DNA of 64,000 nt from Clostridia bacterium (lineage in GTDB: Bacteria > Bacillota > Clostridia > UMGS1883 > UMGS1540), in NCBI GenBank assembly GCA_045590155.1, contig JAZNQL010000021.1, forward strand, positions 5,982 to 69,981, written 5' to 3'. Position numbers and translations under genes: made by a program. Below, in pieces: positions 20,116-29,980 of the stretch (the first letter of the stretch is position 1; every line of letters begins with the position of its first letter). A model generated the notes under the pieces. The model did not search any database and was not told where the DNA came from. It saw only the letters and a program-made list of their open reading frames with translations.

Positions 20116-21572
20116 GACCCCTTTCTTTTTCTTATAAGCCTTTCAAGGGCGTGTATTTTACATTTTCCTTTACCGCTTATTTTGAACTGAAGCCAGTCAG
20201 CACAATAGGAAATTGAAAAAGGAATATCAATTCTGTAAACAGTTATCTTTTCTTTGTCTGAAGAACTACCCTTTTCAGAAAATACCGAGAGCGAAGCCTG
20301 ACTTTCCTGTCCAGTGTTGTTAAATACTGTAACAGAAAGGTCAGAACTTTGGGGCTTTTCTACTGTAAGATAAAGTCTTTGCGTATCGTGAGAAACAGAC
20401 GGAATATTAGAAGAAAAACATTTCGACAACCAGAACCATTCAATCTCCTCCTGAACATCAGATGCCATTTTGTATATATTTTTACCTGCAAGAGAGTACA
20501 GTTCTTCTTTAAATGTACAAAAAGCAGTTATGGGAAGACTGTCCTCGCAGTACCATTGATTAGTATCAAAGTTATATACTAAAAGAACGTGTCCGTCTTT
20601 TTGAGGAAGGCTTAAATAATACTTGTGCCCCAAAACTCCGGCACAAGCTTTTTGAGCAGAACTTATGTTGTCAAGATATTTTTGAATAGGTTTGCCTATA
20701 TTTTTTGGATTTGCACCGCCGCCGTAAATATATACAGCATTGTCACCAAGCCATATAAGGTGCGAAGCAACTTCTTTTATACTGCGGTATGCAAAGCATC
20801 CTATGCTGTCGCCGATTTTAGATGTCTGATAGCCAATAAGTGGGTCTGTGCCAAAAATCTCATACATGTGATGAGGTTTAAAAAAGATAATTCTGTCAGC
20901 AAATGAGGCAATCCCGCTGCAACCTTCGCTGTCAGACGTTTCAAACTCAAACGAAGCACCGTCAGTAAGGCTTTGCCAAAGCTCTGCATTTCTAAGTCCG
21001 CCTGCATAAAGATAGTTCTTACCGCTTCTTGCGGCATAAAGCCTGTTTGCGTGCGAAACAATATACGAACACCAGGGTATCTGCCTGTCCGAGTCAAGAT
21101 TTACCGTTACAATACTTGTTTTTTTGTTTACATCAAAATAGTATGCCTTATGCATAGCATCGCCGCAAGTTATAGTTCTATCAACAAAAAATGTCATGTC
21201 AGGCATTCCTTCATCTGAAAAGAAGTGTGTACCCGTACTTATTTTAGTCCAGCCTGTGTCGGGGTCATAGTAATACCAGTAATGATTTGAAATAACAGAC
21301 AAAAACTCATCGTAGTTTTCCGAATTTTCTTTTTTTAAAAGAACAGTTCCCAAAGCTATGGGATCAGAAGAAGGTGAAATGCTTTCGGTTTCAAAAGCAA
21401 GTTCCCTTGCTTTTCGCACAGATAGGTAAGGACCCTGTGCATCAATGTTTTTCATATCCGCAGCCTGAGAGTTGCCTATTGAAAAAGCGGCAATCTCTGT
21501 ATTAAGCCCTTCAAAATCTGTTATAACTTCTTTCTGCTTGCCCGAAAGAGTGTTCCAATATGGTTTGGTCAA
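20109..21572 (-). CDS. Hypothetical large phage-cluster protein (possible virion structural or tail-associated protein)
   Basis: 487 aa, immediately downstream of terL. Aromatic-rich (YWYYYDPDTGW), beta-rich character. No enzymatic motifs recognised. Confidence 0.35.
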   Translation of the reverse strand: MTKPYWNTLSGKQKEVITDFEGLNTEIAAFSIGNSQAADMKNIDAQGPYLSVRKARELAFETESISPSSDPIALGTVLLKKENSENYDEFLSVISNHYWYYYDPDTGWTKISTGTHFFSDEGMPDMTFFVDRTITCGDAMHKAYYFDVNKKTSIVTVNLDSDRQIPWCSYIVSHANRLYAARSGKNYLYAGGLRNAELWQSLTDGASFEFETSDSEGCSGIASFADRIIFFKPHHMYEIFGTDPLIGYQTSKIGDSIGCFAYRSIKEVASHLIWLGDNAVYIYGGGANPKNIGKPIQKYLDNISSAQKACAGVLGHKYYLSLPQKDGHVLLVYNFDTNQWYCEDSLPITAFCTFKEELYSLAGKNIYKMASDVQEEIEWFWLSKCFSSNIPSVSHDTQRLYLTVEKPQSSDLSVTVFNNTGQESQASLSVFSEKGSSSDKEKITVYRIDIPFSISYCADWLQFKISGKGKCKIHALERLIRKRKGSW

Positions 21573-21584
21573 AATAATTCCTCC

Positions 21585-22925
21585 TTAAATTCTCTTTTTA
21601 ATAGTCAGGTCGGGCTTTTTTAAATCTTCAAGTTCCGTTTTGGTATATCTGCCCGTTAAAGTAACAGGAATTTTTGTCAAAGGCGGACGTGACATGATTC
21701 CATATCTTATCGCTTCCGGAGCGTGTGTAATTTCATGAGGAAAATCAGAGACATCTTCGGGATTGTGTAAATCATGGGTAAGAGCAGGTAATGTCCGGAT
21801 TAAATTTATACAATTATTTGCAATAACAATATGAGGTCCGTCAACATCCCCTCTTAAATATTCTCGCAAAACACGCCATCCCTCAATTCTTCGGTTGTCG
21901 GCACGTACAAGACCGCAAAGCCCTGCCTCTGCCATAATTTCAATACCCGATTTGCCGGTGTCCTGGCGTCTGTTCCAAAGGTCGGGAGAAGCAGCGGTAT
22001 AAGAAATTTTTTCGTTTTCTGGAGAAAGCCGAAGGATTTCTTTTGCTGCTTCCGAAATAGTAAGTCCGCTTTTATAAAATTCACGATAAACAATACACTT
22101 GCCCGAAGGCATGACCGCCCACCAGTAGCAGGCGGTCATATCAAAACCATAGTCAAGACTTCTGAATTTTTTGTATTCCGAGGGTAAATCGCCAATATCA
22201 AGGCAGTGCACATCACGTTTAAATTCAGGGAAATACTGACCTTCAAATATATCCCAGTCCCCATAAAGCAGGGCACGCTTTTCGTTGTCGGGCAAAGACT
22301 CAAGGCGTTTTATATAGTCAGGGTCATGTTGCATTAAAAAAGAATTTTCAGTTACCTTTGCAGGTATAAAAATTCTTGTTCTGCCAATAGAATCGGTAAA
22401 AACTTCTTCCGGAGGCATAGCGTTTATAAAACGTTCTTTTACCCAGGCATGACCCGACGAACCCGGATTTGAACTTGACTTTAGTTGTTTTGGAAAATCA
22501 TTAACACCCCTTATTCTCGAAAGCATATAAGTGTACTGATATTCCGAAAAATGAGTCAGCTCGTCAAAACGGATAACGTCATACTCGGCTGACTGATACA
22601 TTGTAACATCTGAATTGCACATAAGAAAACCGAATTCAATTATCGACCCGTTTACAAATTCCATACGGTGTTTTGCCGATTTGTAGCAATACAGCGAGGA
22701 CGGGATAACTTCAAGTGCCGTCATAATAATACTTCTTTCAAGTTCGGGGAAGCTGGTTCTTAAAATAAGCTGCTTAATTTTCGGGTACTTTACCGCATAT
22801 AAAAATGCATCAATTACTTGCCCGTATGATTTTCCGCCACCAGCGGCGCCGCCGTATAAAACCTCATCACATTCCGAATCGATAAACTGTTTTTGTTTAG
22901 CAGTAATCTTAATGTCAAAATTCAT
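21585..22925 (-). CDS. Phage terminase large subunit
   Basis: 446 aa. Walker A (YGGAAGGGKSYGQ), Walker B-like (VIRFDELTHF) and a C-terminal RNase-H-like nuclease region (…RSLDYGFDMTACYWW…). Confidence 0.75.
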   Translation of the reverse strand: MNFDIKITAKQKQFIDSECDEVLYGGAAGGGKSYGQVIDAFLYAVKYPKIKQLILRTSFPELERSIIMTALEVIPSSLYCYKSAKHRMEFVNGSIIEFGFLMCNSDVTMYQSAEYDVIRFDELTHFSEYQYTYMLSRIRGVNDFPKQLKSSSNPGSSGHAWVKERFINAMPPEEVFTDSIGRTRIFIPAKVTENSFLMQHDPDYIKRLESLPDNEKRALLYGDWDIFEGQYFPEFKRDVHCLDIGDLPSEYKKFRSLDYGFDMTACYWWAVMPSGKCIVYREFYKSGLTISEAAKEILRLSPENEKISYTAASPDLWNRRQDTGKSGIEIMAEAGLCGLVRADNRRIEGWRVLREYLRGDVDGPHIVIANNCINLIRTLPALTHDLHNPEDVSDFPHEITHAPEAIRYGIMSRPPLTKIPVTLTGRYTKTELEDLKKPDLTIKKRI

Positions 22926-22930
22926 AAAAA

Positions 22931-23857
22931 TTAAGCGGCAGAATCCAAGCCTTCAGAACCTACAAGACCTCTCCAGTCAACATAACCTGTATCAAAACGG
23001 CAGTATCCGTAAAAACGGTAGTCCATTTTATTTGCAATTTTTTCGCAGTCAAAAATGGGCTTTTCACGCCATAAGAACATAAGGTTATCAATGCTTGAAT
23101 CCTGAACATACCAGGGCTTTGCCTCTGTGGAGTTTGCAAGATAATCCCATACAACAATTTCCATATTCGGAAGAGTGTTTTTATCGTTTAAGTTTGTGCC
23201 TGCCTGCTGTGTTGAGTTTAAAAGTGCACGGGCAGTAAATTCCCAGTCAGGATGAACAACCAGCTTGTTTGCAGTTGCTGCAATAAATACACCTGCATCA
23301 TCGGTCTGTGCACGGAGCTTTGATAAAGCAGTTTTAAGATTTTCGTCAGTAAGAGTTCCTGATACTAAATTATCGCCGACACCCTCGCTGTTAATAAGGG
23401 GATGAGCGCTTGAGAAAAGGGGAACAGAGTCATAACCTGCTTCAGAAAAACCGTCACAAATAACCTTTGCGGCCTGTGTTTCTTCGGTAGCGGCAAGACC
23501 TCTGCCAAGGTTTTTAGCAGAACCACCTTTACCAACACCGCGGAATACGTTGTACTGGTCATCCTGCAAAAGTTCCCAGGTAACTTCATAAGCCTTGTCG
23601 TAACGTTGCGCTGTGAAGGTAGCAGTACTTCCTGTGCTTATGTCATCCATATTAAAATCATTGCCTTCGCTGTTTGAATCCCATAAACCAAAGGCACCAA
23701 CGTGAGGGAAGGATTCTTCCTTCTTTGTCATCTTGTCAACCTTAAAGGTTTTTTCATACTGCTTGTCTTTTGCTTCGTATGAATCAAAAAACATTTTTTT
23801 GTGGATAGGGGTAAGCAACTCCCCAAAATTTGAACGTGTAAGTTTTGCTGTTGACAT
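22931..23857 (-). CDS. Putative phage major capsid protein
   Basis: 308 aa, located directly after the scaffold-like gene and before terL. Size and position fit an HK97-fold coat protein. No direct motif proof. Confidence 0.45.
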   Translation of the reverse strand: MSTAKLTRSNFGELLTPIHKKMFFDSYEAKDKQYEKTFKVDKMTKKEESFPHVGAFGLWDSNSEGNDFNMDDISTGSTATFTAQRYDKAYEVTWELLQDDQYNVFRGVGKGGSAKNLGRGLAATEETQAAKVICDGFSEAGYDSVPLFSSAHPLINSEGVGDNLVSGTLTDENLKTALSKLRAQTDDAGVFIAATANKLVVHPDWEFTARALLNSTQQAGTNLNDKNTLPNMEIVVWDYLANSTEAKPWYVQDSSIDNLMFLWREKPIFDCEKIANKMDYRFYGYCRFDTGYVDWRGLVGSEGLDSAA

Positions 23858-23868
23858 ATTTGTCCTCC

Positions 23869-24276
23869 TTATTTATTCTTATATTTCAAATATTCAGAAA
23901 CCGAAATTCCTGCAAGCTTTGCCGCCAGTTTTTCGGAATTTGTCATATCATCATTAGCAGGATGATATGCACTACCTGAGGAAAGAGCAGGTATTTTTCT
24001 TGATTTTCTGTGAAAATCGTCTTTTATTTTCTGCACTTCGTCTAAAAGCCTTTTAGCTCTTGCTTCCCCGAAAAGAGCATTATAAGCTTCTTTAGCAGTA
24101 ATTCCTTTTTCCAAAGCAAAGTCAGAAATTTCAGCCGAAACATCATCAATATCCGAGTAAAGAGCTTCTTTTTTCAAACTTTCTATTTCGCTTTTAAAAT
24201 CAGGGATATTTTCAACAGTTTCGGCAGTTTCCAAAACGTCTTGCTGTGAATTTATAAACTCTGTATTTTTGTCCAT
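23869..24276 (-). CDS. Putative phage scaffolding protein
   Basis: 135 aa, acidic, predicted helical/coiled-coil. Sits between the portal-like and capsid-like genes. Confidence 0.4.
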   Translation of the reverse strand: MDKNTEFINSQQDVLETAETVENIPDFKSEIESLKKEALYSDIDDVSAEISDFALEKGITAKEAYNALFGEARAKRLLDEVQKIKDDFHRKSRKIPALSSGSAYHPANDDMTNSEKLAAKLAGISVSEYLKYKNK

Positions 24277-24312
24277 AATTCAACATCCTTTCAAAAAACT
24301 TTTAATGAATAG

Positions 24313-24549
24313 TTATCTGTATAATTTTTTATCAGCGTATTCTTTTAAAGTTACTTCCATTTTCCCTCGATATCCGCAATGTGGACAGCAACCAATTTTA
24401 TTTTCCTGCCATCCTATGTCTCTTAAAGCAACTCTTTCGCATCTTGGACAAATGGGATTGTTTGCAGTTTCTTCGCAGGAAAGGTTTTTCACATATTCAT
24501 GTTGTTTTATTCTTTGTGCTACCGATATAGGAAGATAAATCTGTGCCAT
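24313..24549 (-). CDS. Small zinc-ribbon protein
   Basis: 78 aa with CPRC…CPHC (4-Cys zinc ribbon). Its stop overlaps the upstream portal-like gene. Confidence 0.4.
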   Translation of the reverse strand: MAQIYLPISVAQRIKQHEYVKNLSCEETANNPICPRCERVALRDIGWQENKIGCCPHCGYRGKMEVTLKEYADKKLYR

Positions 24550-26072
24550 TAAAAATCCCCCTCGGGTTGTGAGTGCATAACATTATCTTCAAGCGGTAAT
24601 CCCATATTTTCACGAAGCCAGTTTCTCATTTCAAAAACAGACATAATTCCGGATTTTGTAAGCTCGCTTAAAAGACTATAAACATAAGCTTTGTTCTGGG
24701 GCATACCTGCACCAACTGTTACATGAATATCAAATTCAGCATGTTTAGTTTCTCCGGTCGGTTGTAAAACATTTTTAAGGTCAGAACCTTTAAAGAAAAT
24801 AAATTCATTAGCGGAATCAGTAACCTTTATAGCAATTTCTTCTGTCCAGAATTCTCTTACAAGCTCAAGACAATATGAAAAAACATCAGAAAGAGTTTCC
24901 TGCAACATACATTGTTTATGCTGAATGGAGGTATTACCCGCCTGTTGCAGAGCAAGAACCTCTGTAGCAGTTGTAACACCCTGTTGTTTAGAACCCATCA
25001 TCTGGTCAGAAAATCTTGTAACCTTTTGACCTTCATACTGAAAAGCAGTTGCTCTTCTGTCCATTATGTAAGCAGGCATTGAAGGGGGAGTAAGAGTTCT
25101 TACCGAGTTTATACTGTTGGTAGGAATATTAAGACCAGCTTCATTTGTGAGGATATCAAGGTCTATACCAGAGCTTGTCTCAATAAGTCTTTGCGGATTA
25201 CCTGTAAGTCTTGCACTTCTTCTTATCTGGTCATCAAGGTCGTTTATAACATCCTGAACAGGGATTAAAAGCTCAACGTCGCCCTTGCCCCATATAGAGT
25301 GTTCTCTGTAATAAAGTGGTGTAAAAAAATAAGGATAGTTGCCATTTTCATAGAAAGGGATACCTTCATCACTGCTGTCATATAAAATCTGACCACATCC
25401 GCTCATTTCAACAAGTCTGAGTTTCCCTTTTTCCTTTGTCCATACAAGCATATGCAAATAAGCGTCTTCGCTTTTGTCCTCTAAAAGAGCACCCGCCTCA
25501 ATCTTATCGGCGATATCGCTACCGTAATGCTCTTTTGCCCAAAAAACAGATTTTCTCATGGTTTCAATAATGAACTGTGCTTCCTGCAATTTGTAAACAT
25601 CAGTTATTGCGGGATCCACAAAAATGTTTTCGGGACTGCAAACATCAATCTGCGGCAGACCATATCCCGACAAAGCATCAGGGTTAAAAGTAACTCTTAA
25701 AATACCAGTTCCATACTTTTCACGTCTTCTTTCGTGAATATCAAGTTTTCTGAAAAGTCTGTTTTTATCCTTTATAAATTCTAAAACCTTTGTTACCGTA
25801 TCGGCGAAGGGAATATCGGCAGGAGATACAGGAACAGTGGATATAGCAATATTCTGTTCCATCATCATAGCAACCTGACCTTCAACATTTGAATGAATAA
25901 TATTTGTATTAGAGCCTATATCATTTTCATCTTCTGGCTTGTTCACGTCACCTTCCCAGTACTTGTCGGCACGGCGGATAATTTCCGGAATTTTTTGCGA
26001 GTCTTTGTCCTGCATTGCACTGCGGTAATATTCTAAAAATTTATCTGAAAGCTTTTTTTGTGACTCTGTCAT
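24549..26072 (-). CDS. Putative phage portal protein
   Basis: 507 aa. Size and the portal-scaffold-capsid order support the call. No unique motif recognised by eye. Confidence 0.45.
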   Translation of the reverse strand: MTESQKKLSDKFLEYYRSAMQDKDSQKIPEIIRRADKYWEGDVNKPEDENDIGSNTNIIHSNVEGQVAMMMEQNIAISTVPVSPADIPFADTVTKVLEFIKDKNRLFRKLDIHERRREKYGTGILRVTFNPDALSGYGLPQIDVCSPENIFVDPAITDVYKLQEAQFIIETMRKSVFWAKEHYGSDIADKIEAGALLEDKSEDAYLHMLVWTKEKGKLRLVEMSGCGQILYDSSDEGIPFYENGNYPYFFTPLYYREHSIWGKGDVELLIPVQDVINDLDDQIRRSARLTGNPQRLIETSSGIDLDILTNEAGLNIPTNSINSVRTLTPPSMPAYIMDRRATAFQYEGQKVTRFSDQMMGSKQQGVTTATEVLALQQAGNTSIQHKQCMLQETLSDVFSYCLELVREFWTEEIAIKVTDSANEFIFFKGSDLKNVLQPTGETKHAEFDIHVTVGAGMPQNKAYVYSLLSELTKSGIMSVFEMRNWLRENMGLPLEDNVMHSQPEGDF

Positions 26073-26081
26073 ATTTCCTCC

Positions 26082-26708
26082 TTAACTTATAAATCTTACA
26101 ACAGGATATTTTCCACGTTTTCTGTACTTTCTCTGTAAAGCCTGATTTTTAAGAAAATTAAATTCAAGAAGATAGTTGTTTGCAAGTTCTGTATCTTCTC
26201 TTCCGGAGGCTATCATAAAAAATATTCCTGCTGAAAGAAGTTCTATTGAAGAAGATTGAACAGGAATAGCCTGTTCGTTGAATAATTTTTCGGCATCTTC
26301 ATCAGTAAGACTTTTGTCTGAATTTTTTATTTCGGCAAGACTTAAAAGCCTTTCTGCGTTTCCGTGATATATTTCTATAAGCTTTCCCGAAATTTTCGGA
26401 GGAGGGCTTACAGCAATATATCCTTCAAGAGGAATATAGTATGTACCATTTCTCTTTTTTTCTTCAACCAGAACAGGTTTGTACTGAATACCATCCACCA
26501 CAACCTCGCGAATACTGCTTTGCACTATATTGGAAGTTAAAGGATAAATTTCCACTCCGGCAACAGATTTTATAGTTGTAATTTCGTCACAAAGAGCACA
26601 ATCTGCAACCGAAGGCAGAATTCTATTTATAAATTCTGCAACCTCGTTGTCAGAAAAAGGGTGTGGCATACGAATTTTAATATCGTTTAAAAAATCTTTA
26701 AGATACAT
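26082..26708 (-). CDS. Hypothetical phage-cluster protein
   Basis: 208 aa, wedged between the endolysin and portal-like genes. No recognisable domain. Confidence 0.3.
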   Translation of the reverse strand: MYLKDFLNDIKIRMPHPFSDNEVAEFINRILPSVADCALCDEITTIKSVAGVEIYPLTSNIVQSSIREVVVDGIQYKPVLVEEKKRNGTYYIPLEGYIAVSPPPKISGKLIEIYHGNAERLLSLAEIKNSDKSLTDEDAEKLFNEQAIPVQSSSIELLSAGIFFMIASGREDTELANNYLLEFNFLKNQALQRKYRKRGKYPVVRFIS

Positions 26709-26712
26709 AGCA

Positions 26713-27414
26713 TCATCCTTCCATCAATCTATACAAAATTTCTGCAAGTTCTTCTCTTGTGCAAAAGCTTTTATATCTTTTTCCGTTTTTGTCACCAATA
26801 ATAGCCTCTTTGCCCTCAATCCATTTTCTCGCATTTTCCGACCAGCTTGAAGGGACCAAAAGAGCCTGCTCATTAAAATAATTATCAAGCATACGATTAA
26901 AATCTTCCTGTGTCATAAAACCCTCCACACTTTTTTTGAATTTCAGCCATTCTTCATTTTGCTCAACAAACGGGGCGGGGCAATTTTTGCCTGTTACATC
27001 GTAATGACGTATGATGTTTTCCAAAGGGATGCCATATTTTTTGCATATGAAGTCTGTTAAAACCACGGCATTTTCTATTGTCTTTTTTTCAAAATAAAAT
27101 TTACCGCCCGTCTTTTTAGAACAAAGCTCTATACCTATTGAGTTTGAATTCCTGCAAAAAGGGTGACGGTAGCTTTTGCTTCCGCAATGCCATGCAGTAT
27201 CGCAATCCTCAACACTTTGATAAACCTCATTTTCATCAACAAAATAATGTGCCGAGGAAGCAACTGCATTATTTTTAAAATAAGTTGCATTACCCTTTGC
27301 CGTGTCACCATTATTTGCAGTATAGTGAATTACAATATACTTAATATCTGAGTTTCTTCCTTTGGAATAATTTTTACTGTTTGAAAGCATTTTGAGAATT
27401 TGCATTTTTACCAT
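26713..27414 (-). CDS. N-acetylmuramoyl-L-alanine amidase endolysin (Amidase_2/PGRP fold, XlyA-like) with a short C-terminal wall-binding-like tail
   Basis: …IKYIVIHYTAN…AHYFVD… and …RHYDVTGKNCPAPF… are the two Zn-binding blocks of Amidase_2. The C-terminal about 50 aa (…TREELAEILYRLM…) resemble an SLH-type binding segment. Confidence 0.8.
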   Translation of the reverse strand: MVKMQILKMLSNSKNYSKGRNSDIKYIVIHYTANNGDTAKGNATYFKNNAVASSAHYFVDENEVYQSVEDCDTAWHCGSKSYRHPFCRNSNSIGIELCSKKTGGKFYFEKKTIENAVVLTDFICKKYGIPLENIIRHYDVTGKNCPAPFVEQNEEWLKFKKSVEGFMTQEDFNRMLDNYFNEQALLVPSSWSENARKWIEGKEAIIGDKNGKRYKSFCTREELAEILYRLMEG

Positions 27415-27607
27415 TTTTCTCCTTTTCGTTTATTATTTTTTTGCAAAGCATCATAATAAGCTCGCCGCCGAAAAAGCCCATAGCCGGAATATAGATTTTT
27501 TCAGGAGAAATAGAAAGAGCCTCGCAAACGCACAGACTCTTAAAAGTAATTATTACAGTAAAAATAAGACACAAAAGAACAGTTACTTTCATAAACTTGC
27601 CCTTCAT
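27374..27607 (-). CDS. Putative holin (XhlB-like, two TM helices)
   Basis: Start chosen at the internal Met whose ATG overlaps the XhlA stop (ATGA at 27604-27607). 78 aa with two hydrophobic helices and a Lys/Asn-rich C-terminus. It overlaps the endolysin start. Confidence 0.45.
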   Translation of the reverse strand: MKGKFMKVTVLLCLIFTVIITFKSLCVCEALSISPEKIYIPAMGFFGGELIMMLCKKIINEKEKNGKNANSQNAFKQ

Positions 27608-27882
27608 AGCAAAAACACCTTCAAAAAATATCCTACCACGGCACCGGCTGCCGCACTGATTGATGCACTTACAGCAGAATTCCATCTTTTTCTTGGCAGA
27701 CTTTCCATCGCCTCCACCCGTTTTGAAACGCGGCAAACCTCTTCCCGCATTTCCTTTACCTCGAAGGCAAGACTGTAAACACTTTCTGTCAGTTTTTCAA
27801 TAGAGTCAAGTCTTCTGTGAGCTGATTTTGTTGATTGCTCAACGCCTGTAAGTCTTTCCCAAAGTTCCTTTTCGTCTTCCAT
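27604..27882 (-). CDS. xhlA: XhlA-family phage lysis-associated membrane protein (hemolysin XhlA)
   Basis: 92 aa. N-terminal coiled-coil (…ERLTGVEQSTKSAHRRLDSIEKL…) and a single C-terminal TM helix (ISAAAGAVVGYFLKVFLL), the XhlA architecture. Confidence 0.6.
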   Translation of the reverse strand: MEDEKELWERLTGVEQSTKSAHRRLDSIEKLTESVYSLAFEVKEMREEVCRVSKRVEAMESLPRKRWNSAVSASISAAAGAVVGYFLKVFLL

Positions 27883-28160
27883 TATAAGTCATCACCTCCG
27901 ATTTGCTCAAAAATACTCTTTGCAAGGCTTTTACATTCTTCGCAAAAAGCATTATATTCCTCAAATTCTTCTGGATGGGTATATCGTTTTCTTAAAACAG
28001 AAAATTCTTTTGATTGACTAAACCTTTCTCTTATAAGAGCATTTACGGTTTCGTCATATCCGATACTTTCAAAATATGAATATTTGTTGGAATCTAATTC
28101 CTTTATTTCTTCTTCAGTCATTGGTCTTACTGTGCCGTTATCGTCAATATATTTAATCAT
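27882..28160 (-). CDS. Hypothetical phage-cluster protein
   Basis: 92 aa acidic ORF between the tail-fibre-like gene and xhlA. Its start overlaps the upstream stop. Confidence 0.3.
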   Translation of the reverse strand: MIKYIDDNGTVRPMTEEEIKELDSNKYSYFESIGYDETVNALIRERFSQSKEFSVLRKRYTHPEEFEEYNAFCEECKSLAKSIFEQIGGDDL

Positions 28161-29554
28161 TTTCTCACCCCAAAAATATAAATTGTAGCACCCGCCGCAA
28201 GATTTCCGTCAAGTTTAAATTTTCCAATTGGATTATCAGCAGGATATTGTAATAAGTTCTTTGGACTCGTATAAAGCCCACTTTCTTCTGTAAAAGAGAA
28301 AACAGAAGAAAGTGGTGGTGTAAAATTTAAAAAATAAAAACCTTTGTATTCATAAAAGTTATAGCATATTGATTTGAAAGAAGAATATTCCGAAATATTT
28401 TTTGAAACATTTCCGATAGGGTTGCCTTTGGTGTCGTAAAAGTATAAGGCAAGTCTGCATTGAGAGGTAATATTGCCTTTAACAAGGATATACAGCTCTT
28501 TAAAATTGTATGGCTCTCCGTTTTCGCAAATACTTCTCGTAAGCGAGGAGATACCAGTGTCAGAAAATGTATAGCAGTCATCTATTGAAACAATCTCAAG
28601 TTCTACATATATTCCTTCTGTGGGAGTTCCATATATATAAATAGCAACATCATCCAAGCTTACAGAGCTTCCGTTATAGACCCAGCCTGAATTTTCATAA
28701 AAAAGCCGGTAGATGCCGGGCTTGCCAAAATAAGCAATAGTCTGAGAAGGGTTTGTGGTATTAAAGGCACAATTAGGGCTATTTGAATAAAGCATACCTC
28801 CTGACAATAAGGACATTGATTCTCCAACACAATAGTCAAAGCCCATTCCTAAACCATCATATTCCTGTAAAGAAAGCATAACAGAATGGGTGCTGTAAAC
28901 CTTCTTATAGTAATATTTTTCCCCGCTTTGAAAAACCTCGCCCGAAGGGACTTTAGTGTAGCCAACATGAATATAATCTACAAGTTCATAATTGTTTTCT
29001 GCTATCTTGTCCTGCTTTCCATTAAGCAAAGTCTGAACGTTACCCTCTATGCCTTCAAGAGAGTTTATATCTGTGCTGGATACATTTACATCTTGCAAAA
29101 CAGTTTTTTCCCACAAGTATTTAACAGTACTTCCTGTTTTATCCTTGCCTTTATACAAATATTCAGTGCCGTCGGACGTATAATAACGGAATACATTTGG
29201 TAAATCAAGTCCAGGTGCAGTAGATTCAGTAGGCGCCGCCTTTTTTGTTGACACAAAAATGGGAGCATACTCATTATCATGATTATGGTTAGCATCTGCT
29301 TTAGAATCAAACTGTGCCTGAACAGAAGACTTTGTTCCCTTAAGAAAATTCAGTTCCCCCGTTGAAATCTTTGCGCCGTCTAAAATGTTTAACTCGCCAG
29401 CGTCGGCAGTAACATTCTCAAATTTTGAAAGGCCTAACTGCTCTGCTGTTACGCAGTGGGGATTGTCCTCTCGCTCGGTGTGCGCACTGACAGAAGGGAT
29501 AACATTAACAAAGTCCTTGATAACCTTACCCATTTCTTCTGAAACTTTAGCCAT
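28157..29554 (-). CDS. Putative phage tail fibre / receptor-binding protein
   Basis: 465 aa. The N-terminal …AGELNILDGAKISTGELNFLKGTKSSVQAQFDSK… repeat motif is typical of Firmicutes phage tail-fibre N-termini. The C-terminal part is beta-rich and Tyr/Asn/Ser-rich. Confidence 0.5.
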   Translation of the reverse strand: MAKVSEEMGKVIKDFVNVIPSVSAHTEREDNPHCVTAEQLGLSKFENVTADAGELNILDGAKISTGELNFLKGTKSSVQAQFDSKADANHNHDNEYAPIFVSTKKAAPTESTAPGLDLPNVFRYYTSDGTEYLYKGKDKTGSTVKYLWEKTVLQDVNVSSTDINSLEGIEGNVQTLLNGKQDKIAENNYELVDYIHVGYTKVPSGEVFQSGEKYYYKKVYSTHSVMLSLQEYDGLGMGFDYCVGESMSLLSGGMLYSNSPNCAFNTTNPSQTIAYFGKPGIYRLFYENSGWVYNGSSVSLDDVAIYIYGTPTEGIYVELEIVSIDDCYTFSDTGISSLTRSICENGEPYNFKELYILVKGNITSQCRLALYFYDTKGNPIGNVSKNISEYSSFKSICYNFYEYKGFYFLNFTPPLSSVFSFTEESGLYTSPKNLLQYPADNPIGKFKLDGNLAAGATIYIFGVRK

Positions 29555-29566
29555 AAAATCATCTCC

Positions 29567-29980
29567 TTAAATAACTTCAATTTTTATATTTATGTCCTCG
29601 CTGTTTAAATTTTCGCCTTTTTCCGACAAGTCGTTAATAATTTTTGAAATTTCAGAAAGCTTTATTATTTCAAGCTCGTGTATTTTGTCAATGGCACTTT
29701 TTTTTTGAGCTGCAGGGATATCCTCGTTTGCAATAATTCTTATTGCTTTTTGTAAAAGCAAATCATTTTCCTTTGCAAAATTTATCCTTCCAGCAATTAA
29801 AGAAAAGGCATTATCCCTGATAACCTGTGGGTCATAAGGGCCAATGCCTGTATCCTCTTTGAGCCAACGAGAAAGCGTAGAGCGATGAATGTCTAATTTA
29901 TTGCAAATCTCTTTTATTGGTTTGCCTTCAGCATAAAGAAGTCTTGCTCTCCTTTTTGCTTCAGTTGAATAATATTTCAT
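29567..29980 (-). CDS. HTH-domain protein, putative terminase small subunit or cluster regulator
   Basis: Start taken at MKYYSTEAK, which has a strong RBS (AAAAAAGGAGGAAGG) 7 nt upstream. The longer ORF extension to 30022 is rejected. N-terminal HTH (…IKEICNKLDIHRSTLSRWLKE…). Confidence 0.4.
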   Translation of the reverse strand: MKYYSTEAKRRARLLYAEGKPIKEICNKLDIHRSTLSRWLKEDTGIGPYDPQVIRDNAFSLIAGRINFAKENDLLLQKAIRIIANEDIPAAQKKSAIDKIHELEIIKLSEISKIINDLSEKGENLNSEDINIKIEVI

